Shown: one piece after another, positions 19,251-28,168 of the stretch
How the letters are laid out: each line of letters begins with the position of its first letter
Numbering within the stretch: position 1 is the stretch's first letter
Origin: an archaeon
GTDB taxonomy: Archaea; Asgardarchaeota; Thorarchaeia; Thorarchaeales; Thorarchaeaceae
DNA length: 64,000 nt
Direction of reading: 5' to 3'
NCBI GenBank assembly: GCA_024276825.1
Contig: JAJRWI010000037.1
Span: 1 to 64,000 of the forward strand
Notes under the pieces: model-generated
The model's database searches: none
Seen by the model: the letters and a program-made list of their open reading frames with translations, nothing else
Told to the model about the DNA's origin: nothing
Made by a program: the position numbers and the translations under genes

Positions 19251-20513
19251 TTAATACTGATGTTTCTCTAGCGTTCTAAGTAGACGTTTTATTCTGGAGG
19301 AATGTCTACAGCTAAATGATTTTAGAAACTCATTTAGGGTCATGATCACTTCTGGCAGCTTTTTTGCTATCTGAATGATTGCATCACCTGCAGTTTCTAA
19401 GTATTCCTTATTTTTGCTCGTGCAGATAATTTCTAGTAGGGCATTGACTGCAGACTCGTGATAATAATGACCGAGAGCCTTGATCGAAATTTGGCCCAAT
19501 CGTGGATCATTCAACGAGATTATTTCTTCCAGAGTCGATATCGAGTTAATATGACGTATTGCAAGATGGCAGTCAAGGCATTTTAGCATCTGACTGAAAT
19601 TATCAGGGTGTCCCTTGGCACGATACATGTCCAATGTCGTCTTTGTGACAAAACTGATTGTGGGCATTGCATATTTACTGCCAAGCCTCATGATACCCTC
19701 AAGGTCTTGTTTAATTACCAGATCAAGCAATTCTAGATATTCTGGAGCAGTTATTACTTCATCTATTCTATCATTGTATGTTTGATGTGAAGCCCGAACT
19801 CTGATGTGATGTTTTGATACGTCTGATACTGGTAATACAGATAATACAGACTCGAAGAGCTGAGGATTAATTAAATATCCCTTCACTCCAATATCTGAGA
19901 GGGTTCTTCTCCCAATTTCTGTGAGCCATAGATTAGTGATGTCAATAAGTCCTTGATAATAGAATAAATTTACACTTGATATTTGTTTATTTAGTATTCT
20001 AATAAATTGATTACGTATTTTAGGGGATGCATTATATTGCCCATCAATATTTAGGAAGAGCGTTTCCCCCATATTTAGGTGTTCCTCAGTCTTTTCAATG
20101 ATGAATTGGGTGACAAGTCCAGTTGCTGAGGAGTGTGATTCTGCTTCAGCTGCCAGTTCAAGTATATCTGATGTTGAAACAGGAATTGCCTCAAATCCTG
20201 AACATGAGAACAATTCGAAAACTATTTCACGATATTTCAATGGCTCAATCAGAGTAGTTTGTCCCCAAGTAGATATCGGGCTTTCATAATGCAGTTTTTT
20301 TGATTCAGCAAGACAGTTGATTGCATAGTGCCAATCATATGTCTGTTCATAGAGTGCAATAAGATCGATGACATCACGGATCCTCCTATCACCAATTGCA
20401 TTAATAATTTTTTGAGTATGATTCTTTCGCTTCATTTGCAATATTCTTTCACGACTTATTCTGATGATCCGTTTTCGATTTTCAGAGTCCACATCAATCA
20501 CGTTCTGAAACAT
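19251..20513 (-). CDS. Hypothetical protein with C-terminal HEAT-like repeats
   Basis: 420-aa ORF; SIKALGHYYHESAVNALLEII HEAT-like pattern. Confidence 0.65.
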   Translation of the reverse strand: MFQNVIDVDSENRKRIIRISRERILQMKRKNHTQKIINAIGDRRIRDVIDLIALYEQTYDWHYAINCLAESKKLHYESPISTWGQTTLIEPLKYREIVFELFSCSGFEAIPVSTSDILELAAEAESHSSATGLVTQFIIEKTEEHLNMGETLFLNIDGQYNASPKIRNQFIRILNKQISSVNLFYYQGLIDITNLWLTEIGRRTLSDIGVKGYLINPQLFESVLSVLPVSDVSKHHIRVRASHQTYNDRIDEVITAPEYLELLDLVIKQDLEGIMRLGSKYAMPTISFVTKTTLDMYRAKGHPDNFSQMLKCLDCHLAIRHINSISTLEEIISLNDPRLGQISIKALGHYYHESAVNALLEIICTSKNKEYLETAGDAIIQIAKKLPEVIMTLNEFLKSFSCRHSSRIKRLLRTLEKHQY

Positions 20514-20610
20514 GCATGATTATATGCTGAAATAAATAACCTATATTGACTTGAATGTATTCAAAGAAGCGCGGTATTATTAATACATGTATTACTATTA
20601 TTGTTGTCAA

Positions 20611-20773
20611 GGTTGCGCGTAGATACATTGAGCTTGGACAAAGGCGGACACTAGTAAAATAAAGAGCTATTTAAAGATCTGAATTTATGCGAGTTTATCA
20701 GGTTTCATGAGAAATTCTATCTTGAAATGTGCCCAGTGCCGTTTTCTGGGTGAACAGGGCTCAGATATCCAAG
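20611..20773. repeat. Dispersed repeat family 2, copy B (with hairpin)
   Basis: Colinear with 4236-4394; hairpin GCCCAG(20731-36)/CTGGGT(20746-51). Confidence 0.8.
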
Positions 20774-20943
20774 ATTGTTCAATAAAAATGAAGTGCCATC
20801 AATCAAGTATTCTTTTTAGGATATTGGTGACAGTTGTAGGCGATTAATTAATGTAATACCAAATCAAAGCTCACAATAATGTTGGATAATACTCTTAAAT
20901 ATGCTGTTCTAAGAATAGAACTAAGTAGTTCCAATATTATATT

Positions 20944-21132
20944 ATGAGCGAGTGTGTCGTGTACACATGAGACAGTGAGAGCTGGATGATGAAAAGCCGG
21001 GTTCGCTCAGCTAAACGTCATCAGCATCTCTATCTCCTCAATGCATACCAATCTCATAGATGATGCGGTGATATTGACTGAGAGAACTTGAGAAGGATCC
21101 AGCACAGGTCTCGTCGCGACACTCTCGTGCAT
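20944..21132 (+). ncRNA. Unassigned structured ncRNA candidate (~190 nt)
   Basis: Long closing stem, nested ATGAGAC/GTCTCGT and GCTGGAT/ATCCAGC helices, UUCG-capped arm, GCATCTCTAT/ATAGATGATGC arm; G-U pairs favour + strand; GC-rich island followed by a T-run. Confidence 0.65.
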
Positions 21133-21183
21133 TCTTTTTTATAATTATTCCATTCGATAATAACTGTAGTAGTTGTAATACAA

Positions 21184-21711
21184 TTATGATCTCTTCTTTG
21201 AACTCTCAGTTTTTAGTGTCAAAGGCGAAATGAGTTCATTAAGAAACTGAAGTATCGTTTCCTCAGTGATGCGGTAGCTTTCAACCTCTTCTTTGGTAAG
21301 GTGCATCTTTCCAGACAACATTTCACGTATTCGCCTATAATCACCAATTTTTGATGCAAGTTCTTCAAATGGTCTAAATATTGTATAATCGAAAAGACCA
21401 AGATATGCTAGAAGGATCATAGTATAAAAGCACCGAATCAGATTTCTTCTTGCCTGTCGCAGTGTCCTATTGAATGCGCCGCGAGATACTCCCTCACTTT
21501 TTTTTCGGCGCAAACTTGCCTTTTTTTCGTAGGGAATGTGCCAGTCAAATTGATCCTCGAGCACAAGATCTACCAATAAGGTTTCGAGTTGCACTTCAGT
21601 CAAAACAGAGTTCTTAGTGAGTAATCTAAGAATTGGTTCACGTAAAGTTTCTTGGATATTATATATTATTGAGCGCAGCTCTCTATCCAGTTCTTGCTTT
21701 CTATCAGACAT
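21184..21711 (-). CDS. Hypothetical HTH-type DNA-binding protein
   Basis: LTEVQLETL ... GVSRGAFNRTLRQARRN HTH-like recognition helix; GGTGG RBS. Confidence 0.7.
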   Translation of the reverse strand: MSDRKQELDRELRSIIYNIQETLREPILRLLTKNSVLTEVQLETLLVDLVLEDQFDWHIPYEKKASLRRKKSEGVSRGAFNRTLRQARRNLIRCFYTMILLAYLGLFDYTIFRPFEELASKIGDYRRIREMLSGKMHLTKEEVESYRITEETILQFLNELISPLTLKTESSKKRS

Positions 21712-21872
21712 GAGTTTCCACCATCAGGTTTGAATTGAAAGGGATAATCCGTTTTTTTATAAGAAAGGGCATATTAACAGAGATAATTATTTGCCATTTT
21801 GGTGTTATTGTATGGATACAAAAATGTATACATTTAAGCTTATTAATAAGTTGCTTTTCAAATTCTGGGACA

Positions 21873-21901
21873 GCACATAGATGCATAGGGCTTGGACAAA
21901 G
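21873..21901. repeat. Dispersed repeat family 2, truncated copy C (5' part only)
   Basis: GCACATAGATGCATAGGGCTTGGACAAAG matches 20615-20643 at 24/29. Confidence 0.65.
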
Positions 21902-21928
21902 TTGAAATTAGCATGCCAGATTGGATTA

Positions 21929-22348
21929 TTATCTCATGGGTAGAGTCCATTCGGAATCAGGTGGAATTTGTACAAAGCCAAGGATGAGATTTCCACGTAC
22001 CTCATCATATTTGAAGGTTCCAAATGTGAATTTTTCGCCATTCTTGGTCCATTCAAATCGTCCATCTTTTGTTAAATGCTGAAAAAGTAACCTACATTGA
22101 CGCCGTATTACTACAAATAGGTTTTTGTATCTTCGACGTTGAGATGGTCTAATCCCCCATTCTGAAAGAATGAATTTGTTGGCCAATGAGTTACTAGATA
22201 TTAATAATGATATTTTTACTTCTTTTCTATTCCTGACCTGATCTTCAATTAATAAACGAAGAATATCGGGAATCTTCGCCAAGACTGATGGAGATACCTC
22301 TGGTTCTTGATAGATTGATGATTTGGATTTACGTATATGAGTCTTCAA
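21929..22348 (-). CDS. Hypothetical basic protein
   Basis: 139-aa ORF co-oriented with the HTH gene; no family recognised. Confidence 0.6.
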   Translation of the reverse strand: MKTHIRKSKSSIYQEPEVSPSVLAKIPDILRLLIEDQVRNRKEVKISLLISSNSLANKFILSEWGIRPSQRRRYKNLFVVIRRQCRLLFQHLTKDGRFEWTKNGEKFTFGTFKYDEVRGNLILGFVQIPPDSEWTLPMR

Positions 22349-22557
22349 GTTTAATCGGGCATTTGTGTGAATAATTCCTTAATAACACCTAGAAAATTTG
22401 TAATGTTAGTATTACAATTAATACGATGGTCGTGAATTGCCGCTCTCAGTGTATTAATATTCCAACTTCAAAAATGATGAATGCAAGCAGTGGAATTAGT
22501 GAGCCTAATGAGCCAGAGCTCACTTAACGATTACTAATCGAATGGAGTCCAAGTTCA

Positions 22558-24888
22558 TTGAAAAGAAGAGCAATAATCCACATTCAAGGAATTGTACAGG
22601 GAGTGGGATTTAGGCCATTTATATACAGAGTCGCAAACAAGTTGGGATTAAAGGGATATGTATTGAATCTTGGTGATGCAGGAGTTCGAGTTATAGTTGA
22701 GGGTGATCAATCTCTGATTCAGGAGTTAGTAAGTACAATTGAAACCAGGCCACCGTCTATCTCTGTGATTACTCGGCTGAGTGTTCAATGGGACCATTAC
22801 TCAAATGAGTTTGATAATTTCTTTATTGAGAAGTCCAGATCAAAGCGATCATCTCATGCTGCACCTATTATTCCTCCAGACATTGCCATTTGTGATGATT
22901 GTGTTGATGATTTATTTAGAGAGGATTCTAGATGGTACGAGTACGCCTTCACATCATGTGCTGCATGCGGACCAAGATATTCAACAATAATAGACTTGCC
23001 TTATGACAGGCCAAATACAACAATGGTAGATTTTCCTTTATGTAATACATGTAATAATGGTTATACAGATCCCATGGACAGACGATATCATGCCCAGACA
23101 ACTGCTTGTGAGAGATGTGGTCCCTCTTATAGTATACTAGATAATCAGGGTAAAAGAATTAGCAGAAGTAGAGTGGTTCAAAGAACTGCAGAATTATTGG
23201 ATCAAGGATTCATATTTGCTATTGAGGGCATAGGTGGAACGCATATTGTAACAAAAGTGAGTGATGATGCTCCAATACAACTTCTTAGGAATAGAAAGAG
23301 GAGACCACAAAAACCCTTTGCAATAATGGTTAAAGACATTGAAGCATTACATGAATTTTGTAGTCCAACTCAATTTGAGATTGAACTGCTGAGTTCATGG
23401 AGAAGGCCAATTGTTCTAGTTAAGAAGAGCCAAGATGTTGGAAACCGCCAGATCAAAGATCTCATATCACCAGGTCTTGATACAATTGGTGTGATGCTAC
23501 CCTATTCGGCTCTGCACCATCTACTTTTCAAATACAGCCACGAATCGGCATTTGTTATGACTAGTGCAAATCCATCTGGGGTACCTATGTATATAGAACC
23601 CATGAAGATAGTCAAAGAATTAAAAGGGATCGTTGATTACTTCTTGGTTCATAATAGAAGAATTCATCAACGTGTGGATGACTCTGTGATCAAGGCAGTT
23701 GATGAGAGAGCGCTGTTCATTCGACGAGCTCGAGGATTTGTTCCCGAACCCATCGCAGTAGGCATGCCTGAGAATGATCATGTAGCAATAGCAGTGGGTC
23801 CAAAGGAAAAAGTCACAGGTTCAATCTTGACACATGGTATGATATATACGACCCAGCATATTGGAGATACTGATAATGTTGAATGTGTGGAGTTTCTTGA
23901 TAATGCATTGAAGAATCTTATGCATCTGATTGGAGTTGACAGACCAACTGTCATTGCCTGTGACCTTCATCCAGACTTCTTGACAACCGAGTACGCGGAG
24001 AGATGGGCAGAACAAGAGGGAGTACCACTTGTTAAGATACAACACCACCATGCTCATCTGGCCAGTATCATGGTTGATAACTCTATTAATGCCAATACTA
24101 GTATTATTTGTATTACAGCCGACGGTTATGGATATGGGAATGATGGAAGCGCGTGGGGTGGAGAGATATTATTGGGGAACTATCAGAACTTTCGCAAGGT
24201 TGGAGGAATTTTGTCTAGTAATTATTTGGGAGGTGACCTTGCAGCCCGTTATCCAATCAGACCGTTAATAGGTTTCATCAAGGATCGAATGAGTCCTGAT
24301 GAGATTCACAAACTAGTCGGATCGGTTCCAATCGGGCCTGTTTCTCTTGCAACAGAGGACAAAATCTCAATCATTCAGGAAGCCACCCTGAAAAGAATAA
24401 AGACCATAATGACATCAAGTGCGGGAAGGTTTCTTGATGCTGTGGCAATTGCTCTAGGGATATGTTCTGAGAACAAGTACGATGGCGAGTGCCCAATGAA
24501 GCTTGAGTCATTCGCACTTGAGTCTGATCGAAATATCAAGCATAGATTTGTTTCTGACAATCAGGGTGTCTTTGTTGACCTATCAGAGTTTCTGCTAGAG
24601 GTTATTGATATGAAACAAAGGGGCCTTGATCCCAGAAAGATCGCCTATATTGCTCAATATCATCTAGGTGAGGCGTTGGCAACTTTGGCTTGCGATATTA
24701 GTGACAGAGAGGGCGTTGATTACATTGGTTTTTCAGGAGGAGTTGCATTGAATCGAATAATTACCAATGCAGTTGTTTCCACTGTTCAGTCAAGAGGTAA
24801 AATTGTACTACTTCATAGTCAAGTCCCCCCTGGAGATGGTGGAATTTCCATAGGGCAAGCAGCGATAGCAGCTGCGAATCTAGAGTAG
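22558..24888 (+). CDS. hypF: [NiFe]-hydrogenase maturation carbamoyltransferase HypF
   Basis: GIVQGVGFRPF, Zn fingers C..C, CGPRYS...LPYDRPNTTM, RRYHAQ, QHHHAH, PPGDGGISIGQ. Confidence 0.97.
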   Translation: MKRRAIIHIQGIVQGVGFRPFIYRVANKLGLKGYVLNLGDAGVRVIVEGDQSLIQELVSTIETRPPSISVITRLSVQWDHYSNEFDNFFIEKSRSKRSSHAAPIIPPDIAICDDCVDDLFREDSRWYEYAFTSCAACGPRYSTIIDLPYDRPNTTMVDFPLCNTCNNGYTDPMDRRYHAQTTACERCGPSYSILDNQGKRISRSRVVQRTAELLDQGFIFAIEGIGGTHIVTKVSDDAPIQLLRNRKRRPQKPFAIMVKDIEALHEFCSPTQFEIELLSSWRRPIVLVKKSQDVGNRQIKDLISPGLDTIGVMLPYSALHHLLFKYSHESAFVMTSANPSGVPMYIEPMKIVKELKGIVDYFLVHNRRIHQRVDDSVIKAVDERALFIRRARGFVPEPIAVGMPENDHVAIAVGPKEKVTGSILTHGMIYTTQHIGDTDNVECVEFLDNALKNLMHLIGVDRPTVIACDLHPDFLTTEYAERWAEQEGVPLVKIQHHHAHLASIMVDNSINANTSIICITADGYGYGNDGSAWGGEILLGNYQNFRKVGGILSSNYLGGDLAARYPIRPLIGFIKDRMSPDEIHKLVGSVPIGPVSLATEDKISIIQEATLKRIKTIMTSSAGRFLDAVAIALGICSENKYDGECPMKLESFALESDRNIKHRFVSDNQGVFVDLSEFLLEVIDMKQRGLDPRKIAYIAQYHLGEALATLACDISDREGVDYIGFSGGVALNRIITNAVVSTVQSRGKIVLLHSQVPPGDGGISIGQAAIAAANLE

Positions 24889-24907
24889 AGTGCTTGAGAT
24901 GGATGAG

Positions 24908-25513
24908 TTAGGAGATTGCATTATACCCCATCTTGACAGCTTTGGTATTGACTGCCTTGAATCTCTTGGGAAACGAATCCCTCACAACAGAGAGTGCTGT
25001 TTCTTTTGATATTGGAATGAAACCAGAGCCAATAATAGCCCCAAGCATGACCATGTTGAGTGCCTTTGAACTGCCAGCTTCAAGAGCGAGTTTCATTGCA
25101 TCAAATTCGAATATATCATCAGTGATCTCACCAAGCAAGGATACAATCTTCTCATGTGCAGGGTATTCAGCTTGACCCATTGATACTGCAACAGGATAGA
25201 CAATATGAGTGCTCATTATTATCTTACCCTGAGGCTTGAGCAACTTGGCCTCTCGAAGTGTTTCAATGGGTTCGAATCCAACTAGAATGTCGGCAGTGCC
25301 CGGGTCAATAATTGGGCCTAGGGCCTTTTCGCCAATGCGTACAGTACATATGACGTGGCCACCTCGTTGGGCCATGCCATGAATCTCGCCAACACGTACA
25401 TTGTAAGACTCTTGCAGTGCTGCCCTAGCCATGATCTCTGCAAGGGTTAATACACCCTGGCCACCAACGCCCGATATGACTATATTAATTGTATTACTTG
25501 TATTATCAATCAT
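24908..25513 (-). CDS. iorB: Indolepyruvate:ferredoxin oxidoreductase beta subunit
   Basis: GVGGQGVLT, EIHGMAQRGG, FEPIE.LR, NMVMLGA; ATG at 25513 just after iorA. Confidence 0.95.
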   Translation of the reverse strand: MIDNTSNTINIVISGVGGQGVLTLAEIMARAALQESYNVRVGEIHGMAQRGGHVICTVRIGEKALGPIIDPGTADILVGFEPIETLREAKLLKPQGKIIMSTHIVYPVAVSMGQAEYPAHEKIVSLLGEITDDIFEFDAMKLALEAGSSKALNMVMLGAIIGSGFIPISKETALSVVRDSFPKRFKAVNTKAVKMGYNAIS

Positions 25514-25514
25514 G

Positions 25515-27410
25515 TTATGCACTCTCCTCTTGTTTAATTGCTTTTTGCGGGCAGACATAAGTACAAGTTCCACAGTAATTGCATAATGTTTCATCAATCA
25601 TTGCCTTTCCCGTTTCTGGATCCAAATACATTGCAGGACATGATAAACGATTCAGACATCGTTTGCATGAGTTACAAAGTTCAGAATCAACATAGTATTT
25701 GGGAGGATAAACACCGGTCTTTCTCCGTTCTGCGGCGGAGAGTAATGCACAAGGGGCTTTTGATATAATCACTGCAGGTGCATGATTCTCCCTAGTCCAT
25801 TTTACCATGTCCTTGACAGCGGCAATAAGATCTATCAGCGATTCTAATGGGTCAATGACCTTTACATATTTGACACCCAGTCCGCGACATACTTCTGCAA
25901 TATCCAGAGGTGGCACCTGTTCTTGCATCCCAGTGACACCAGTGCCAGGATGTGGTTGATGTCCGGTCATTGCGGTGGTACGGTTATCAAGTACAACAAG
26001 ACAGATTCTATGTTGGTTGTAGACTGCATTTGCTAATCCTGGTAATCCAGATGCAAAGAATGTACTGTCACCAATTGTGGCGACCACATCCTGATCAGTG
26101 ACAGAGGCAATTCCACATGCAGTAGTAATGGAGGATCCCATATCAAAGAGAATATCAGCAGTTTCCAGTGGAGGAGCAATGCTGAGAGTATAACAGCCTA
26201 TATCTGAGGGGTAAATTGCCTTACCACGAGTAGCAACTCGGATCGCATAGTAAGATGCCCGATGAGGACAGCCTGCACACAGAAGAGGGGGTCTTGGGGG
26301 CAATTCATTAAAGCCTGATGCTTTTGCCTCTATCTTTTCCCAATTAATAGGGGTATTACAGTTGATAACCTTGCATAAGGCCTCTGTGACAATCCGTGTA
26401 CTGTATTCGAATGTTCTTGGAAAGAAGCCTTGCTCTTTACCAATAATCTCAACTGAGATGTTGTTCAATTGAGCAATTCGACGAGCGTGAGTTTCTAAGA
26501 AAGGCTCGAGCTCCTCGACAATCAATATACGTTTGTGTCTAGAAAGAAAGTCAGCAATCTTTTTCTCAGGTAAAGGATGGGTCATTCCCAATTTGAGAAT
26601 CTCAGCACTTTGAGTAATTGAAGATAATGACTCTAGTACGTAATTGTAAGACACACCACTTGTGATGATTCCCAAGTTACCCTCACCAACAGTGAAGTTT
26701 AATGGGGTGGTTTCAGAGATCTCCTTCGCAATCTCAATCTGCTCCAGCAGTTTTGGATGTCGCTCTCTTGCCACTGCGGGGATTGGAACAAACCTGAATG
26801 GTTCTTTCTCGAAACTCACTTTATCGGGGCGCGGAGGTATTTTACCAAATTTGACAGGACCACGTGTATGATTGATGCGAGTCGTTGTTCGAAAGAGAAT
26901 TGGCAGCTCCAGTTTCTCAGAAATCTTATATGCTTCAAGAAGCATTGATTTTGACTCGGCTGGATCAGAAGGCTCCAGCATAGGCATGTTAGCCATCAGA
27001 GCATAATATCGACTGTCATTCTCATTCTGAGAGCTCCACATGCTGGGGTCATCTGCTACAACAATCACCATGCCAGCTCTCACGCCAACATAAGCAAGAG
27101 TGAGAAATGGATCAGCAGCAACATTAAGTCCGGGCCCCTTGCATACCATCATTGATCTCACGCCGGCAATAGCAGCAGCTCCAGCGACCTCAATTGCCAC
27201 TTTCTCATTAGTAGAGAATTCAAAGTAGAAATTTTCCAGATGTGGTGCCATAAATGTGAGATTATTTCCAATCTCACTACTTGGAGTTCCAGGGTAAAGT
27301 GCCACAAGTCTAACTGCAGCTTCTAGGACACCTCTTGCTATTGCTTCGTTTGATAAAAGTAGAACAGTTTTCCCAGTAGAGTCTTCCAATAGCTCTTTCG
27401 GCTTTACCAA
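25515..27410 (-). CDS. iorA: Indolepyruvate:ferredoxin oxidoreductase alpha subunit
   Basis: NEAIARG, YPGTPSSEI, NEKVA.E, RPP.LCAGCPHR, GDSTFF, AMTGHQPHPG, C-terminal 2x[4Fe-4S]. Confidence 0.97.
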   Translation of the reverse strand: MVKPKELLEDSTGKTVLLLSNEAIARGVLEAAVRLVALYPGTPSSEIGNNLTFMAPHLENFYFEFSTNEKVAIEVAGAAAIAGVRSMMVCKGPGLNVAADPFLTLAYVGVRAGMVIVVADDPSMWSSQNENDSRYYALMANMPMLEPSDPAESKSMLLEAYKISEKLELPILFRTTTRINHTRGPVKFGKIPPRPDKVSFEKEPFRFVPIPAVARERHPKLLEQIEIAKEISETTPLNFTVGEGNLGIITSGVSYNYVLESLSSITQSAEILKLGMTHPLPEKKIADFLSRHKRILIVEELEPFLETHARRIAQLNNISVEIIGKEQGFFPRTFEYSTRIVTEALCKVINCNTPINWEKIEAKASGFNELPPRPPLLCAGCPHRASYYAIRVATRGKAIYPSDIGCYTLSIAPPLETADILFDMGSSITTACGIASVTDQDVVATIGDSTFFASGLPGLANAVYNQHRICLVVLDNRTTAMTGHQPHPGTGVTGMQEQVPPLDIAEVCRGLGVKYVKVIDPLESLIDLIAAVKDMVKWTRENHAPAVIISKAPCALLSAAERRKTGVYPPKYYVDSELCNSCKRCLNRLSCPAMYLDPETGKAMIDETLCNYCGTCTYVCPQKAIKQEESA

Positions 27411-27507
27411 TCAGTTTACCTCCATGCAGCCCATAATCAGTGTGCATTTGAACCCTATGGCATGTTTCAATGTTGCGCTTTCGGATTGGCTATAAAAATA
27501 AGCATTT

Positions 27508-27519
27508 GAACACGTGTTC
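27508..27519. promoter_or_regulatory. Palindrome GAACACGTGTTC (site 1)
   Basis: Perfect 12-bp palindrome, repeated at 28157 and in variant form at 27841. Confidence 0.6.
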
Positions 27520-27578
27520 GAAGGTTTGATAGTCCGGTATTAGGATCTTGAGCCAGAAAATAGAAAATAATCAACATC

Positions 27579-27748
27579 ACCCCTTTGTTTCTTATGGAGA
27601 TTATATTAAAATTAAGTACAGCAAGCGTGTACTAGTATAATTATAAAATGGATATAAATGCAAGATGGTAAAAATATTATAAATACTTTTTGATATTTGT
27701 ATTATATCTATATTACAAACTCTTATTTTCCAGTGGAAATGATGGGGT
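27579..27748. other. Candidate replication origin: inverted ORB pair flanking an AT-rich DUE-like stretch
   Basis: Minus-strand TCCATAAGAAACAAAGGGGT (27579-27598) and plus-strand TTCCAGTGGAAATGATGGGGT (27728-27748) match the archaeal ORB consensus; ~130 bp AT-rich spacer. Confidence 0.75.
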
Positions 27749-27808
27749 TCAAGTTAGATGATTTTCCATTTGCATTATCTTTAGATCTAAGTCTAAAATA
27801 TAAAGAAA

Positions 27809-27834
27809 TTATTACATGTATTACAAATATTACA
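27809..27834. repeat. Three tandem 9-bp-phased TATTACA boxes next to the origin
   Basis: TTATTACA-T-GTATTACA-A-ATATTACA. Confidence 0.8.
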
Positions 27835-27851
27835 ATAATGGTTCACGTGTT

Positions 27852-28145
27852 CTAAACTTCTTTTTCAACTCTGAAGACATGAAGGTTCATGATATCTTGA
27901 TAGCGACTGAAGAGCTCATCAAAAAGTGTCCTGTGTTCAACAGGTACAATAATTGTGGAATCTGCAATTATTCTAGATCCTGGACACTCTTCTAATAGTC
28001 CAACCTTTCTTTTTACTTTGACACCACTCTTTGTCTTCCAAGAGTAAGTGTATCCATATAGCTCCTTAGTAAAGGACACTCGTCTTGAATTTGCATCTCT
28101 TGAGTTGATGAAATCATAGATGTATAATAGATCAGTCATCTTCAT
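27852..28145 (-). CDS. Small Cas2/VapD-like ferredoxin-fold protein (stand-alone)
   Basis: N-terminal LYIYDF, RRVSF.KELYG, IADSTIIVP pattern, 97 aa; no cas genes or array in the window. Confidence 0.5.
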   Translation of the reverse strand: MKMTDLLYIYDFINSRDANSRRVSFTKELYGYTYSWKTKSGVKVKRKVGLLEECPGSRIIADSTIIVPVEHRTLFDELFSRYQDIMNLHVFRVEKEV

Positions 28146-28156
28146 TCAGAATATAT

Positions 28157-28168
28157 GAACACGTGTTC
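28157..28168. promoter_or_regulatory. Palindrome GAACACGTGTTC (site upstream of Cas2-like gene)
   Basis: Perfect palindrome 11 bp before the start of 27852..28145. Confidence 0.6.

Noticed and set aside
20985-21025. Hammerhead ribozyme on the minus strand (CTGATGA...GAAC)
   Set aside because: GAAA core absent, stem II weak, and G-U pairs plus the UUCG loop favour the plus strand
27780-27797. TTTAGATCTAAGTCTAAA as an Xer dif site
   Set aside because: Too short and lacks the 11-6-11 arm-spacer layout
27852-28145. CRISPR-Cas locus
   Set aside because: No repeat-spacer array and no cas1 or effector genes in the window
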